DNA from: Patescibacteria group bacterium
GTDB lineage: Bacteria > Patescibacteriota > Minisyncoccia > Phycocordibacterales > JACZSL01
Direction: 5' to 3'
Length of the DNA: 64,000 nt
Assembly: GCA_022574205.1 (NCBI GenBank)
Contig: JACZSL010000001.1
Location: forward strand, 5,447-69,446
The notes under the pieces are model-generated. The model searched no databases. It saw only the letters and a list, made by a program, of their open reading frames with translations, and was not told where the DNA came from. The translations under genes were made by a program, and so were the position numbers. This document shows positions 1 through 8,669 of this stretch, piece after piece. The first letter of the stretch is position 1, and each line of letters opens with the position of its first letter.

Positions 1-62
1 TCTGATGCCACTTCTTCGCTTTCGAACTTAGCAATTGTCGCTTTGCGAGTAAGCGTTGTCAT
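1..62 (-). CDS. 5' part of a hypothetical protein running off the window (MTTLTRKATIAKFESEEVAS...)
   Basis: ATG at 62 on minus strand preceded by AAAAGGAGAG Shine-Dalgarno; open frame to window edge. Confidence 0.55.
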   Translation of the reverse strand, partial: MTTLTRKATIAKFESEEVAS

Positions 63-289
63 GACGTTAGCTCTCCTTTTGCTTATTATCCGAACCACTC
101 GGACTAGCGACTTGCCCCTATTGTTGAGACCAGTGTTTTAGGAGTTTTAAAAACGCCCAAAACACTGATCTCGTTGCCTTCCGTGCCAAAGAACTAATTA
201 CGCAACGAGCATAGCAAATCGTCAAAGAAAGTCAAGAATGTCTGAATAGAGAAAATTTTTTGTTAGTTTTGTTTTGATATACTTATGTT

Positions 290-769
290 GTGAATGATTT
301 ACAAGGTATTGTTATGGTTTTAGCAAAGATACTCATAGTCGCCGCAGTTGTCTTTGGCGGTTATTTTCTAGTGACACAGGACACTGTTGAAGAAATTAAG
401 GACTCGGATGACTTGGTGGTCATTGCTTCTTTTGAGGAATGCGCTGCGGCAGGAAACCCCGTTCTGGAAAGCTACCCAAGGCAATGCCGCACAGTAGACG
501 GACAACATTTTGTTGAAGATATTCAAGACGATGACTCTACGCCGGGAAGTGGGAATGCACAGGCCGGAACAGTGGCGTGTGCAGCGAAACAGCGTGGTAC
601 ATTTTGTACACAGCAGTACGAACCAGTTTGTGGTTTGGTTCGAGTTCGAGTGCAATGTATTACCACGCCGTGTCCTCTGATTTCTAAAACTTTTGGTAAT
701 GCATGCACCGCATGCAGTAACGAGTTTGTCGAAAGCTATACGGAGGGGGAGTGTCGTGCAGGAGAATGA
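290..769 (+). CDS. Membrane-anchored Cys-rich protein with Kazal-like C-terminal domain
   Basis: N-terminal TM; SFEECAAAGNPVLESYPRQC motif; CTQQYEPVCG...FGNACTAC Kazal-like pattern; true start may be ATG at 314. Confidence 0.7.
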   Translation: MNDLQGIVMVLAKILIVAAVVFGGYFLVTQDTVEEIKDSDDLVVIASFEECAAAGNPVLESYPRQCRTVDGQHFVEDIQDDDSTPGSGNAQAGTVACAAKQRGTFCTQQYEPVCGLVRVRVQCITTPCPLISKTFGNACTACSNEFVESYTEGECRAGE

Positions 770-1036
770 GCAGTCAGAATAAATAATAAATACGGGAAGA
801 ACATTACCGGAATGATGAAATTATTATTAAAGTGAAAGGTGTGGGGGCAAGCTTAAAGTACAAGGTAATCTTATGTAGTCAATGTCTGTCAGACATACAG
901 GCTTGGTTTGGTAAGTCTAAGACAGGTGGAAATTCAAAAATAAAACCGGCTACTGCGTGAGCCGGTCTATGATTTTGTAAAACTCCTATGAGTTCGTTTT
1001 TATTTGTAGTTTTTTATTGAGTTTCCACGCCTCGTA

Positions 1037-1558
1037 TCAAGCAGCCTGTTCAGTCAGGTATTGGAGTTCGAGAATCTCGAACAATCCAACTTCTGAACAC
1101 CCTTTTCGTATTGGGTATTCAAATTCCCTTCCCGGTACAGCTCCGCATAAACATCTGGCAATCATCATCTTATGGGAAATATGACCTTTACCATTCAGAT
1201 CGTTTTCCCCGTTTACGACAGTGAAAGTCTCCACTCTCGGTTCCCCGTTTGGTGGTGTAAGACGAACTTTTACCTGCATTTCAAGCGCAAAACAATCGCA
1301 CGGCAAGTCCGCGACTGCGCCGCTTTGTATAAGCTGCGCACGCACCTTATTGATGCGCTGATGTGCCGTGTTGATGCGATCTCGAATCCGCCTAATTTCC
1401 AGGTCACAGCATTCACCGGAAACCTCCCTTTCCAGAAGAAGTAATCGGTGCTGTATTCCAGCGACAATGAGCTTCCTTTGGTATTTACGTATACACTTAT
1501 GCTTTCTTTCGATGTCTGCTGTTTTTGGTGCATTTATTACGCTATGATGCTCTACCAT
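1037..1558 (-). CDS. Divergent GreA/GreB-like protein
   Basis: N-terminal coiled coil; C-terminal ETFTVVNGENDL..GHISHKMMIARCLCG resembles GreA/B C-domain; GGAAAGGA RBS before ATG 1558. Confidence 0.5.
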   Translation of the reverse strand: MVEHHSVINAPKTADIERKHKCIRKYQRKLIVAGIQHRLLLLEREVSGECCDLEIRRIRDRINTAHQRINKVRAQLIQSGAVADLPCDCFALEMQVKVRLTPPNGEPRVETFTVVNGENDLNGKGHISHKMMIARCLCGAVPGREFEYPIRKGCSEVGLFEILELQYLTEQAA

Positions 1559-1769
1559 GTCCTTTCCCCCGTACGGTTTTGATGTAGTTAAAGAACAATA
1601 TGTGCTCAAAACAGCACATATCTTCAATTTACTGGCTTTTGTGTAGTCCGTCAAGAGATTTTACTTATATCCAGGCATAATAAAACTAAATACTGTTTTG
1701 GAGGGTATTAAAAGAATAGACAAATGTGTGGTAGAATCGCTGTGGTAACAGTCGATAAGGAGGCATATT

Positions 1770-1982
1770 GTGTACACTGAAAGTGAACGAGATCTTTTTA
1801 TTTGCTATGGAAGATTCGTGTGCGAGTCTAAATGCAACCAAAGTGAAGGCCTGTACAAATTCAAATCAAGCCGAGGAGATATTTATCTCACTAGGAAAGG
1901 ATTGCAGGCGCGTCTAGAGCATCTGATAAACAAGAGAGAACTTCATGATCAGACTGAAAGAGCACTTGAATTACATCCATAG
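1770..1982 (+). CDS. Small hypothetical protein
   Basis: AAGGAGG RBS before GTG start; hairpin terminator downstream. Confidence 0.55.
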   Translation: MYTESERDLFICYGRFVCESKCNQSEGLYKFKSSRGDIYLTRKGLQARLEHLINKRELHDQTERALELHP

Positions 1983-1998
1983 CATCCACAACCAATAG

Positions 1999-2019
1999 CC
2001 GCCCTGTAAAAAGGGCGGC
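1999..2019 (+). terminator. Hairpin terminator
   Basis: GCCGCCCT-GTAAA-AGGGCGGC style stem-loop after ORF stop. Confidence 0.55.
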
Positions 2020-2347
2020 ATTACTGTATTTATCTATTTGTTATTATACGCTAGAACAAAAACTAATGTATTTCGCACAAAATTCAGACGTAAGGACGCA
2101 CGTCCTTACGTCGCGGTAATGCTTGCCAGCCTTTGGATGGGAACTCTATAAAAAAAGCTGTTTGGTGAACCATACTGTCTTCAGTGTTTAGTGGACGTAG
2201 AGTCCGCTTTGCTCCTGAACAAATTCAGGAGCAAGTTCAGGAGCAAAATTCTGAAGCGATTTTGGGGCTTAAAATAGCAAGAGAAAGAATCCTTGAATTT
2301 CATCCGAAGGCAGATCCGCCTCTGGCGGAAATTCAAGGATTTTTTTG

Positions 2348-2399
2348 GTGGACATAACGCACGAAACTTGCTTATGTCCTGAGTGGAGCGAAGGAGAAC
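2348..2399. repeat. 52-bp direct repeat, copy 1
   Basis: 50/52 identical to 3012-3063. Confidence 0.95.
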
Positions 2400-2433
2400 A
2401 AACTACATTCAAGGATCAAACTCTCTTATTTTC

Positions 2434-2934
2434 TTAAAGTTTATATTCTTCAAAAAACTCTTTGAGTTCTTCTTTTGTCCACCATCCAAAATCATCTGGA
2501 ATTGAGTTTTTATCAAATAAGATTACTTCTGTTACTTCTTGATTGGTCCGTGGGATATCTGCTAATTCAGCAATAACATATGGTGTAAAAGACCATTGGT
2601 TGTCTTTATTTTGAACATCAGACTCAATATCAATTATCTTATAGTCCTTCACTCTAACACCAGCTTGATCTTTAACAATCCTATTGACGCACTTCTCGAT
2701 TGATTCCCCGTACCGGATTAAATTGTGGCAAAAATAAAGTAAACCATTAGGATAATCTTTCGCCTTAGGTGGCAACTCGTGTTCGGGTATCGCGTTTGGA
2801 CGGCGTAAGGCAATATATTTACCATCCTTTTTTAGAAGAATCTCAAAAGTGATATGCAAGCCGCCACTTGCTTGTTTAGCAATTGGAGGAGCAAAATTTG
2901 CCTCTTTATTTTTCCAATCATATTCAAAAGTCAT
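2434..2934 (-). CDS. NUDIX-fold protein
   Basis: Degenerate Nudix box (IRYGESIEKCVNRIVKDQAGV); likely start ATG 2934, 6 nt after TATAAT. Confidence 0.7.
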   Translation of the reverse strand: MTFEYDWKNKEANFAPPIAKQASGGLHITFEILLKKDGKYIALRRPNAIPEHELPPKAKDYPNGLLYFCHNLIRYGESIEKCVNRIVKDQAGVRVKDYKIIDIESDVQNKDNQWSFTPYVIAELADIPRTNQEVTEVILFDKNSIPDDFGWWTKEELKEFFEEYKL

Positions 2935-3011
2935 AGATAAATTATACCAAAAGTTCCAACATAAAGTTGGGTAGGTTAAAAATATGTTGAGAAATAAAGA
3001 TAAATTTGATT

Positions 3012-3063
3012 GTGGACATAGCGGACGAAACTTGCTTATGTCCTGAGTGGAGCGAAGGAGAAC
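3012..3063. repeat. 52-bp direct repeat, copy 2
   Basis: 50/52 identical to 2348-2399. Confidence 0.95.
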
Positions 3064-3238
3064 CGCATGCATGAATGGATATTCGAAGCGCCCACTTTGG
3101 CTCGCGCCAAGCGAGACAGGTCAGAGGCGATTTCTGTGCTAAATAGCGAAAAAACAGCTTTGGTTTAGGTACAGTTGACATACTTAATCTCAATGATATT
3201 ATTGTCTGGGTCTTGGACCTTAACAATATAGTTATTCT

Positions 3239-3820
3239 ATGGAAATAAGGAGTTTTATTGTGAATAATTGGAAAAAACTTTCCAGCGGCGTTCTCGGCGT
3301 CTTTGTTGTAATTGGACTTTTGTGTGCAATTACGGGCTGTGGAGGCGGAGGTGTTGATACACCACCACCACTTTCATCGCCACCTCCAGTTGACTCCGGT
3401 TTGCCTCCGGATCCCGGAGAAGCAGGTCTCGTAGGTCTTCTCGGTGTTGACTCAGATAACGATGGTGTGCGTGATGACATTCAACGATACATTGCTCTCA
3501 CTTATCCTGATTCTGAAAAGACGCAAGCTGCGTTGACGGAGTTTACCAAAGGTATGCAAGAAGAGTTGGTTAATGCTGAGGACAAGGAATTGTCGATCGA
3601 GATTGCCATCAAAGGCAATATGATGATTTCCTGTATTAAGTACATTAATCCTGAGAATGGTTCGAGGATTTGGAGGGAACTTCGTGCAGAGATCTTAAAT
3701 ACTGAAGAGAGGTCTCGTGCATACATACAATACAACGATCAACTTGGAGGGGAGGTCTTTAGTCTCTTCCCCAGAGCTGCCAGTTCTTGTGGTTTTGACG
3801 TAGATTCACTTCCAAACTAA
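3239..3820 (+). CDS. Putative lipoprotein with acidic DSDNDGVRDD (Ca-binding-like) motif
   Basis: Hydrophobic signal ending ITGC, Gly/Pro linker, LPPDPGEAG...GVDSDNDGVRDDIQRYI. Confidence 0.75.
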   Translation: MEIRSFIVNNWKKLSSGVLGVFVVIGLLCAITGCGGGGVDTPPPLSSPPPVDSGLPPDPGEAGLVGLLGVDSDNDGVRDDIQRYIALTYPDSEKTQAALTEFTKGMQEELVNAEDKELSIEIAIKGNMMISCIKYINPENGSRIWRELRAEILNTEERSRAYIQYNDQLGGEVFSLFPRAASSCGFDVDSLPN

Positions 3821-3837
3821 TCTGAAGGAGACGAAAA

Positions 3838-5115
3838 GTGAACAGAATATATCTTGTACTGCTTGCAGTGCTTTTCGCGGTTGTTCCATTTACTGTTGCC
3901 GCTCAGGGCGTTTGTGAAGTCAGAGAGGTGAGTACTGTTGTGGTGTTTGGCAATGGAATTAACACTCCCGAAAAAGATGCTTACGACTTACTTGAGGTAT
4001 TAGAAAAACGTTTAGAGGCAAAACTGCCAGCTGATAAGTTTGAGGGGCTGGAGTTTAACATCGCCTACAATCGCACTGCGGGAATCCTGCTTGACCTCTT
4101 GGAAGCTGCAAAAGACAAGTATCTAATCGATGCAACCAGAGAAATCAGAGATTTCTCAATTGCTTTCTGGAGAGCTCTTGGATACTTGGATATTCTTCCG
4201 GATTGGTTTCAGGAGGCCGCATTGGAATCTGCTGAAAGTCTTACCAGTGCTTCGCTTGTAAACGACAGGGATTTGAGCAACCATTTGGCTCTCTATCGTT
4301 CGAGCATACTTGAAGGCAAAACCGTGCTTTTGGTCGCTCATTCTCAAGGCAATTTCTTTGCCAACAGAGCGTATGAAATTCTCTATGAGGGCTCAAATCC
4401 GATAACAACACAAAGCTTCGGCATAGTGTCAGTCGCAAATCCGTCAAGTTTTGTCGGAGGAAACGGCCCTTATTGGACACTTCATGAAGATGAGGTGATT
4501 AAGAGCGTTGCAAGATGGTCCGCAAGGTTTCTACAACCACCTCCTCTTGTTTCTAACATCGGTAACGACCCAAATGCAGAGCATGATTCATTGACCCACG
4601 GTTTTGTGACATCATATCTTGTAAGAGGAACTAATAGTGAAGAGAAGATTCTCGCTGGCATCGAGACGAGTATTGGGATGCTTGAAATTCCGTTTCCTGT
4701 TGCAGAAGACGGCATTATCACTGTAACGCTTACATGGGGAGTAGAGCCTGACGTTGACCTGCACGTGTTTGAACCAAACGGAACACATGTCTACTATGCC
4801 AATCGATTCGGAATTTCCGGATTTCTGGACGTGGACGATGTTACGTCGTTTGGCCCGGAGCATTACTTTGTCGGGTGCGACACTCTGGAAGAAGGTATGT
4901 ACCGGATTGGTGTCAACTACTTCAGAGGCTTCAATCCTGAAGTTGCACTCGTGCAAATACAGGCAGGCTTTATCATACGAAGCTTTGAGACTCCGCTTGA
5001 AACAGCTGTCGGCTCTTCGGGCAATAACTCACCGATTCTTGTCGCTGATGTTATTGTCGGCATAAACGCCGACGGCGTCTACGAGTTTAGTATAATGTCC
5101 CTTGGTGTTCAGTAG
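3838..5115 (+). CDS. Secreted alpha/beta-hydrolase-like protein with C-terminal YfaP/DUF2135-like domain
   Basis: Signal peptide; GNGINT and AHSQG nucleophile elbow; LTWG..DVDLHVFEPNG...LDVDD..FGPEHY; GAAGGAG RBS. Confidence 0.8.
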   Translation: MNRIYLVLLAVLFAVVPFTVAAQGVCEVREVSTVVVFGNGINTPEKDAYDLLEVLEKRLEAKLPADKFEGLEFNIAYNRTAGILLDLLEAAKDKYLIDATREIRDFSIAFWRALGYLDILPDWFQEAALESAESLTSASLVNDRDLSNHLALYRSSILEGKTVLLVAHSQGNFFANRAYEILYEGSNPITTQSFGIVSVANPSSFVGGNGPYWTLHEDEVIKSVARWSARFLQPPPLVSNIGNDPNAEHDSLTHGFVTSYLVRGTNSEEKILAGIETSIGMLEIPFPVAEDGIITVTLTWGVEPDVDLHVFEPNGTHVYYANRFGISGFLDVDDVTSFGPEHYFVGCDTLEEGMYRIGVNYFRGFNPEVALVQIQAGFIIRSFETPLETAVGSSGNNSPILVADVIVGINADGVYEFSIMSLGVQ

Positions 5116-5168
5116 CAAATAACCTTAAGTAAAACTTTCCGTAAGAGGATAACTTATATAATTATATA

Positions 5169-5202
5169 AACCCCACCTGCGCAAGCGCGGGTGGGGGTTT
5201 TT
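5169..5202. terminator. Probably bidirectional intrinsic terminator
   Basis: AACCCCACCTGCGC-AA-GCGCGGGTGGGGGTTTTT between convergent ORFs. Confidence 0.75.
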
Positions 5203-5218
5203 GTTTCGCACCGAGAAC

Positions 5219-5368
5219 TTAATTCTCTTTGTTGTGCTTCACAGGAGAAAAAGTGGCCGAGTTGCGGTGAGACCAGGTTTGCGTCTGCGGGTCGTATTGA
5301 CCCCGAACAGCACCTGAGATCTTCGATAGCAACTGTAGCGCCACGGGTTTTGTGGGCTTGTTCAACAT
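5219..5368 (-). CDS. 49-aa putative ATP-grasp RiPP precursor MLNKPTKPVALQLLSKISGAVRGQYDPQTQTWSHRNSATFSPVKHNKEN
   Basis: Manually translated; GAGGA RBS 7 nt before ATG; terminator downstream; divergent from ATP-grasp ligase; YDPxxQ motif. Confidence 0.65.
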   Translation of the reverse strand: MLNKPTKPVALQLLSKISGAVRGQYDPQTQTWSHRNSATFSPVKHNKEN

Positions 5369-5468
5369 GAGAATATCCTCAAAGTCAGTTTAGAAAGAAC
5401 AAACCAAACGTTGTTGTACACAACAAAAACATCTGGACCCATGAAGTGTGACATAATTTATAGTTTCT

Positions 5469-5490
5469 ATCAATATGTTGACATATTGAT
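5469..5490. promoter_or_regulatory. Palindromic operator overlapping a TTGACA -35 box
   Basis: ATCAATATGT-TG-ACATATTGAT perfect 10-bp arms; TTGACA at 5478-5483. Confidence 0.55.
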
Positions 5491-5547
5491 ATTTTATAGT
5501 ATTTTGTAACTAGATCATTATGTTTACAGCTTAGAGGAGTAGCAGCA

Positions 5548-6489
5548 ATGACTATCTTCATAATCACCCATCAGGCAGGATTTGAGGTTGATCCAGTTAT
5601 TGACAGATTAAAAAGTCTCAAACTTCCTTTTGTTCGCTTTAATCAGGACGATGGCGACAATATTTCTAAAGTCGGATTTCTTCGGTCAGATAGCAAGGAA
5701 AATATCTTTTGGACTAGCGACAATAAATCAGTTTCTTTAACCAATGTTGGTTGCGCGTGGTTTCAACAACCCCCGCCATTCACTGGGCAACCGGATAATT
5801 TTGAACAGGCTGTACAAAGAAACAATTTAATAGCATTTCTTGAAGCCACGTTTGACTTTTTGCCAGTAAAATGGCTTAACAGGGTAGCAAACGCGCGTCG
5901 AGCGGCAAATAAAGTTTTGCAGCTACACCTTGCTCCCTCAGTAGGATTAGCAGTTCCGAATACATGTATTTCAAATGACCCACTTACAGTACGCTCGTTT
6001 TGTTCCAAGGGACCGAGTATTGTTAAAAATCTCAATTCCTCATGGATAGCACAGGAGAATGATGCCGTCGTGTCCTCCACAAAGTTCGTGCAAGATGACT
6101 ACATAAAAGATGACCAAGCAATTATATTCTGCCCTCTCATATATCAACAATTCATTGAGAGAAGATATGATTACCGTGTAGTTATACTGGGAGACGCAAC
6201 GTTTGTATCTCGGTGTGATTCAACACTTGGTGATCCCGCAGATGTACGCGTTGACAACAAAACGGGAGCTAACTTCTACCGGGATAAAATACCTCCTGAA
6301 TATATTGAAAAGCTCAAAAATCTAATGGAGATCTTGGGTGTCGACTACTGTTCTGCAGACTTCATTGAGGACCGCGGAGGCAAAATCTTCTTTTTGGAAA
6401 TGAATATCTGCGGTGCCTGGTGGTGGATGGATGAACTCCATGGGGGTGAAATACTTGATTCTTTCGTGAAATACCTGACAACTCGATGA
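5548..6489 (+). CDS. ATP-grasp peptide ligase (RimK/MvdC-MvdD-like graspetide synthetase)
   Basis: ANKVLQLHLA..VGLAVPNTCISND, IVKNL, IYQQFIERRYDYRVVILG, ADF...FFLEMN.CGAWWWM; GAGGAG RBS. Confidence 0.85.
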   Translation: MTIFIITHQAGFEVDPVIDRLKSLKLPFVRFNQDDGDNISKVGFLRSDSKENIFWTSDNKSVSLTNVGCAWFQQPPPFTGQPDNFEQAVQRNNLIAFLEATFDFLPVKWLNRVANARRAANKVLQLHLAPSVGLAVPNTCISNDPLTVRSFCSKGPSIVKNLNSSWIAQENDAVVSSTKFVQDDYIKDDQAIIFCPLIYQQFIERRYDYRVVILGDATFVSRCDSTLGDPADVRVDNKTGANFYRDKIPPEYIEKLKNLMEILGVDYCSADFIEDRGGKIFFLEMNICGAWWWMDELHGGEILDSFVKYLTTR

Positions 6490-6508
6490 GCCATCAAGAT
6501 GTGTTATC

Positions 6509-6546
6509 AGCGGTGGTGTGTACACTTCACATCACCGCTATTTTTT
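6509..6546 (+). terminator. Intrinsic terminator
   Basis: AGCGGTGGTGTG...CACATCACCGCT followed by T-run. Confidence 0.7.
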
Positions 6547-6571
6547 AACATATTAAATATTAAAGCAACCT

Positions 6572-7090
6572 ATGAAACTGCGAGAACAACTGGATAAAAT
6601 AATACATATTAACAAAGGTGAAAATTGGTGGAAGCCAAGGTTATTTAAAGATATAACACTCCCACAGCTTCCGAAAGAATTAAAGATTCTTGAATTTCCA
6701 CCTCTCAAAAACAATAATTACAACTGTTTTATTCATACACTCGGTCTCTCCAAGGATGTTGGAATTATAAAAAATAGTGGCGGTTTTATTTATGACACTT
6801 TTTTCCAAAAATTGATTGATAAAAAGGCGCTTATCCCTACAGACCATCCCAAAAACGGAGACTATATTTTATACAGAGACTCCCAAAATTATCCCGACAA
6901 AATCACCCATTCAGGTGTTCTTGACAATGGGAAAGTGGTGTCAAAGTGGGCGTGGGGACCACTTTTGTGCCATGACGTTTTTGATGTTCCCGCGTCTTAT
7001 GGAGACGAGATTTCTTACATAAAGGCAGTCGATCATAAAAAAGCACGGGATCTCTACTGGAAGTATAAAAAGTTTAATAAACTTCCATAG
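6572..7090 (+). CDS. Hypothetical protein, possible Cys-His papain-like fold
   Basis: YNCF...GDYILY...ITHSGV...VVSKW pattern. Confidence 0.55.
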   Translation: MKLREQLDKIIHINKGENWWKPRLFKDITLPQLPKELKILEFPPLKNNNYNCFIHTLGLSKDVGIIKNSGGFIYDTFFQKLIDKKALIPTDHPKNGDYILYRDSQNYPDKITHSGVLDNGKVVSKWAWGPLLCHDVFDVPASYGDEISYIKAVDHKKARDLYWKYKKFNKLP

Positions 7091-7238
7091 AAGAGTATTA
7101 CGACACACGAGGCTCAACATTGGGTGTATCGGGTGTGGCTTTTCGTTACTCTTTTTCCGTGTTTAGATGCTGTGTATTAACAATGGGGAAATATGCTAGT
7201 ATGGTATAAGGAAAAGTGTAATTATAATTAACACTTGT

Positions 7239-7313
7239 ATGGCGAAAGGTAGAAATCATCAAAAAAGAGAGAAAAAGAAGCCGAAGAAGAGTAAGAAGCC
7301 TCATATTTTCTAA
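7239..7313 (+). CDS. 24-aa Lys-rich peptide MAKGRNHQKREKKKPKKSKKPHIF
   Basis: Manually translated; TATAAT just upstream; paralogous REKKKPKK frame at 8341-8406. Confidence 0.45.
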   Translation: MAKGRNHQKREKKKPKKSKKPHIF

Positions 7314-7433
7314 CGCTTGTTTTATATTTGCTCGTGGCGTAACCACCACTGTGTGAGAATACCCCCGATCTCTATCGGGGGCACCTTTTATAAAAATTTG
7401 CATTGTTGAATACTGATAGTTAAACTGAACAAA

Positions 7434-8351
7434 GTGACTACCATAGAACAATTAAAAAAGAGTAAAAATATATATGACATTAAGGCGGTTAAACTGACCA
7501 GCTGTATTGGTTTGCTAAAGAAAAGATGTACATCTGAAGTTTTGCGTGAAATAACTAAAAATTCACGATTAATTAATGTTTATGACATTACGTATCGCTC
7601 ACAAGGACATAAAGTTAAAGGTTTTATTGTCGAGCTAAAAAAACTAAAAGGGAAGTTACCATGCATTATTTATAATCGTGGCGGGTCGGGAGAATTTTGC
7701 GCAATTAAAATCGGGGAAACATTTCTGCGGTTGGGTAGGTTTGCCAAATGGGGATACATAGTTATAGCTTCACAATATTCTGGAAACGCGGGAAGTGAAG
7801 GTAAGGATGAAGTTGGCGGAAGTGATATTGAAGACGTTTTAAATCTTAAAAAGATATTAAAAAACCATCTGCACGCTGATGAAAAAAGAATCGGTATGTT
7901 TGGTATTAGTCGTGGAGGGATGATGACATATTTATCTCTTGCGAGAGTAAAGTGGCTAAAAGCAGCTGTATCGATTGCAGGACCAACAAATTTTAAGCGT
8001 GAAGAAAAGTTGAGGCCAGATATGAAGCGGAGGAACAAAATGTTCTTTGGGGGAAGTAAAAAGGCGCTTAGAGATCGTTCTGCCGTTTATTGGACTGATA
8101 AATTTACCAAGAAAACACCACTTCTCATGCTTCATGGCACTGCGGACTGGCGCGTAAGTCCGTTGGATTCGTTGGATTTGGCAGAAAAGCTTTATGAAAA
8201 TAAGGTCCCGTATCGCTTAATTATGTACGAAGGTGCAGATCATGGATTAAGTGAAGTTCGTGAAGAGGCAATGCTAGAGGTCAGAAAATGGTTTGATAAA
8301 TATCTAAAAAATAACGGAAAATTACCTGATTTAAAACCACACGGCAAATAG
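7434..8351 (+). CDS. S9 family (prolyl oligopeptidase-like) serine peptidase
   Basis: IIYNRGG, GISRGG nucleophile, LMLHGTADWRV, GADHGL catalytic triad. Confidence 0.9.
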   Translation: MTTIEQLKKSKNIYDIKAVKLTSCIGLLKKRCTSEVLREITKNSRLINVYDITYRSQGHKVKGFIVELKKLKGKLPCIIYNRGGSGEFCAIKIGETFLRLGRFAKWGYIVIASQYSGNAGSEGKDEVGGSDIEDVLNLKKILKNHLHADEKRIGMFGISRGGMMTYLSLARVKWLKAAVSIAGPTNFKREEKLRPDMKRRNKMFFGGSKKALRDRSAVYWTDKFTKKTPLLMLHGTADWRVSPLDSLDLAEKLYENKVPYRLIMYEGADHGLSEVREEAMLEVRKWFDKYLKNNGKLPDLKPHGK

Positions 8352-8436
8352 AAACAAAAGTAAACAAAGAAGGGAAAAGAAGAAGCCGAAGAAGGCTAAA
8401 AAGTAGCTTAAACGGCTTATTTTCTGGGTAATTAGA

Positions 8437-8504
8437 CGTTCTATGCGCGAGGACCGACCTCGTGTGTGGACCGTTCTGTGCGCGAGGACCGACCTCGTGT
8501 GTGG
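8437..8504. repeat. Tandem 33-bp duplication containing REP-like GAGGACCGACCTC
   Basis: 8437-8469 and 8472-8504, one mismatch. Confidence 0.85.
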
Positions 8505-8669
8505 GCCTCGTTGTGTAGTGGAAAAGGCGCAATACCTTGCAGGAGGTTGTGCTTTTTTGAGAAGGTTGTACAATTTGGGGTAGACAGTGTTCTAAAATCA
8601 TGTTGTTTTTAGGACATTTTTTGACATTTATACATATTCTGTAAACAAACTTACACCAGGAGGTGTACC

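Noticed and set aside
5385-5567. 60-aa minus ORF as RiPP precursor
   Set aside because: Overlaps ligase start and promoter, no RBS; 5219-5368 is the better candidate
8437-8504. Possible mini CRISPR array
   Set aside because: Only two copies separated by 2 nt, no spacer, no cas genes
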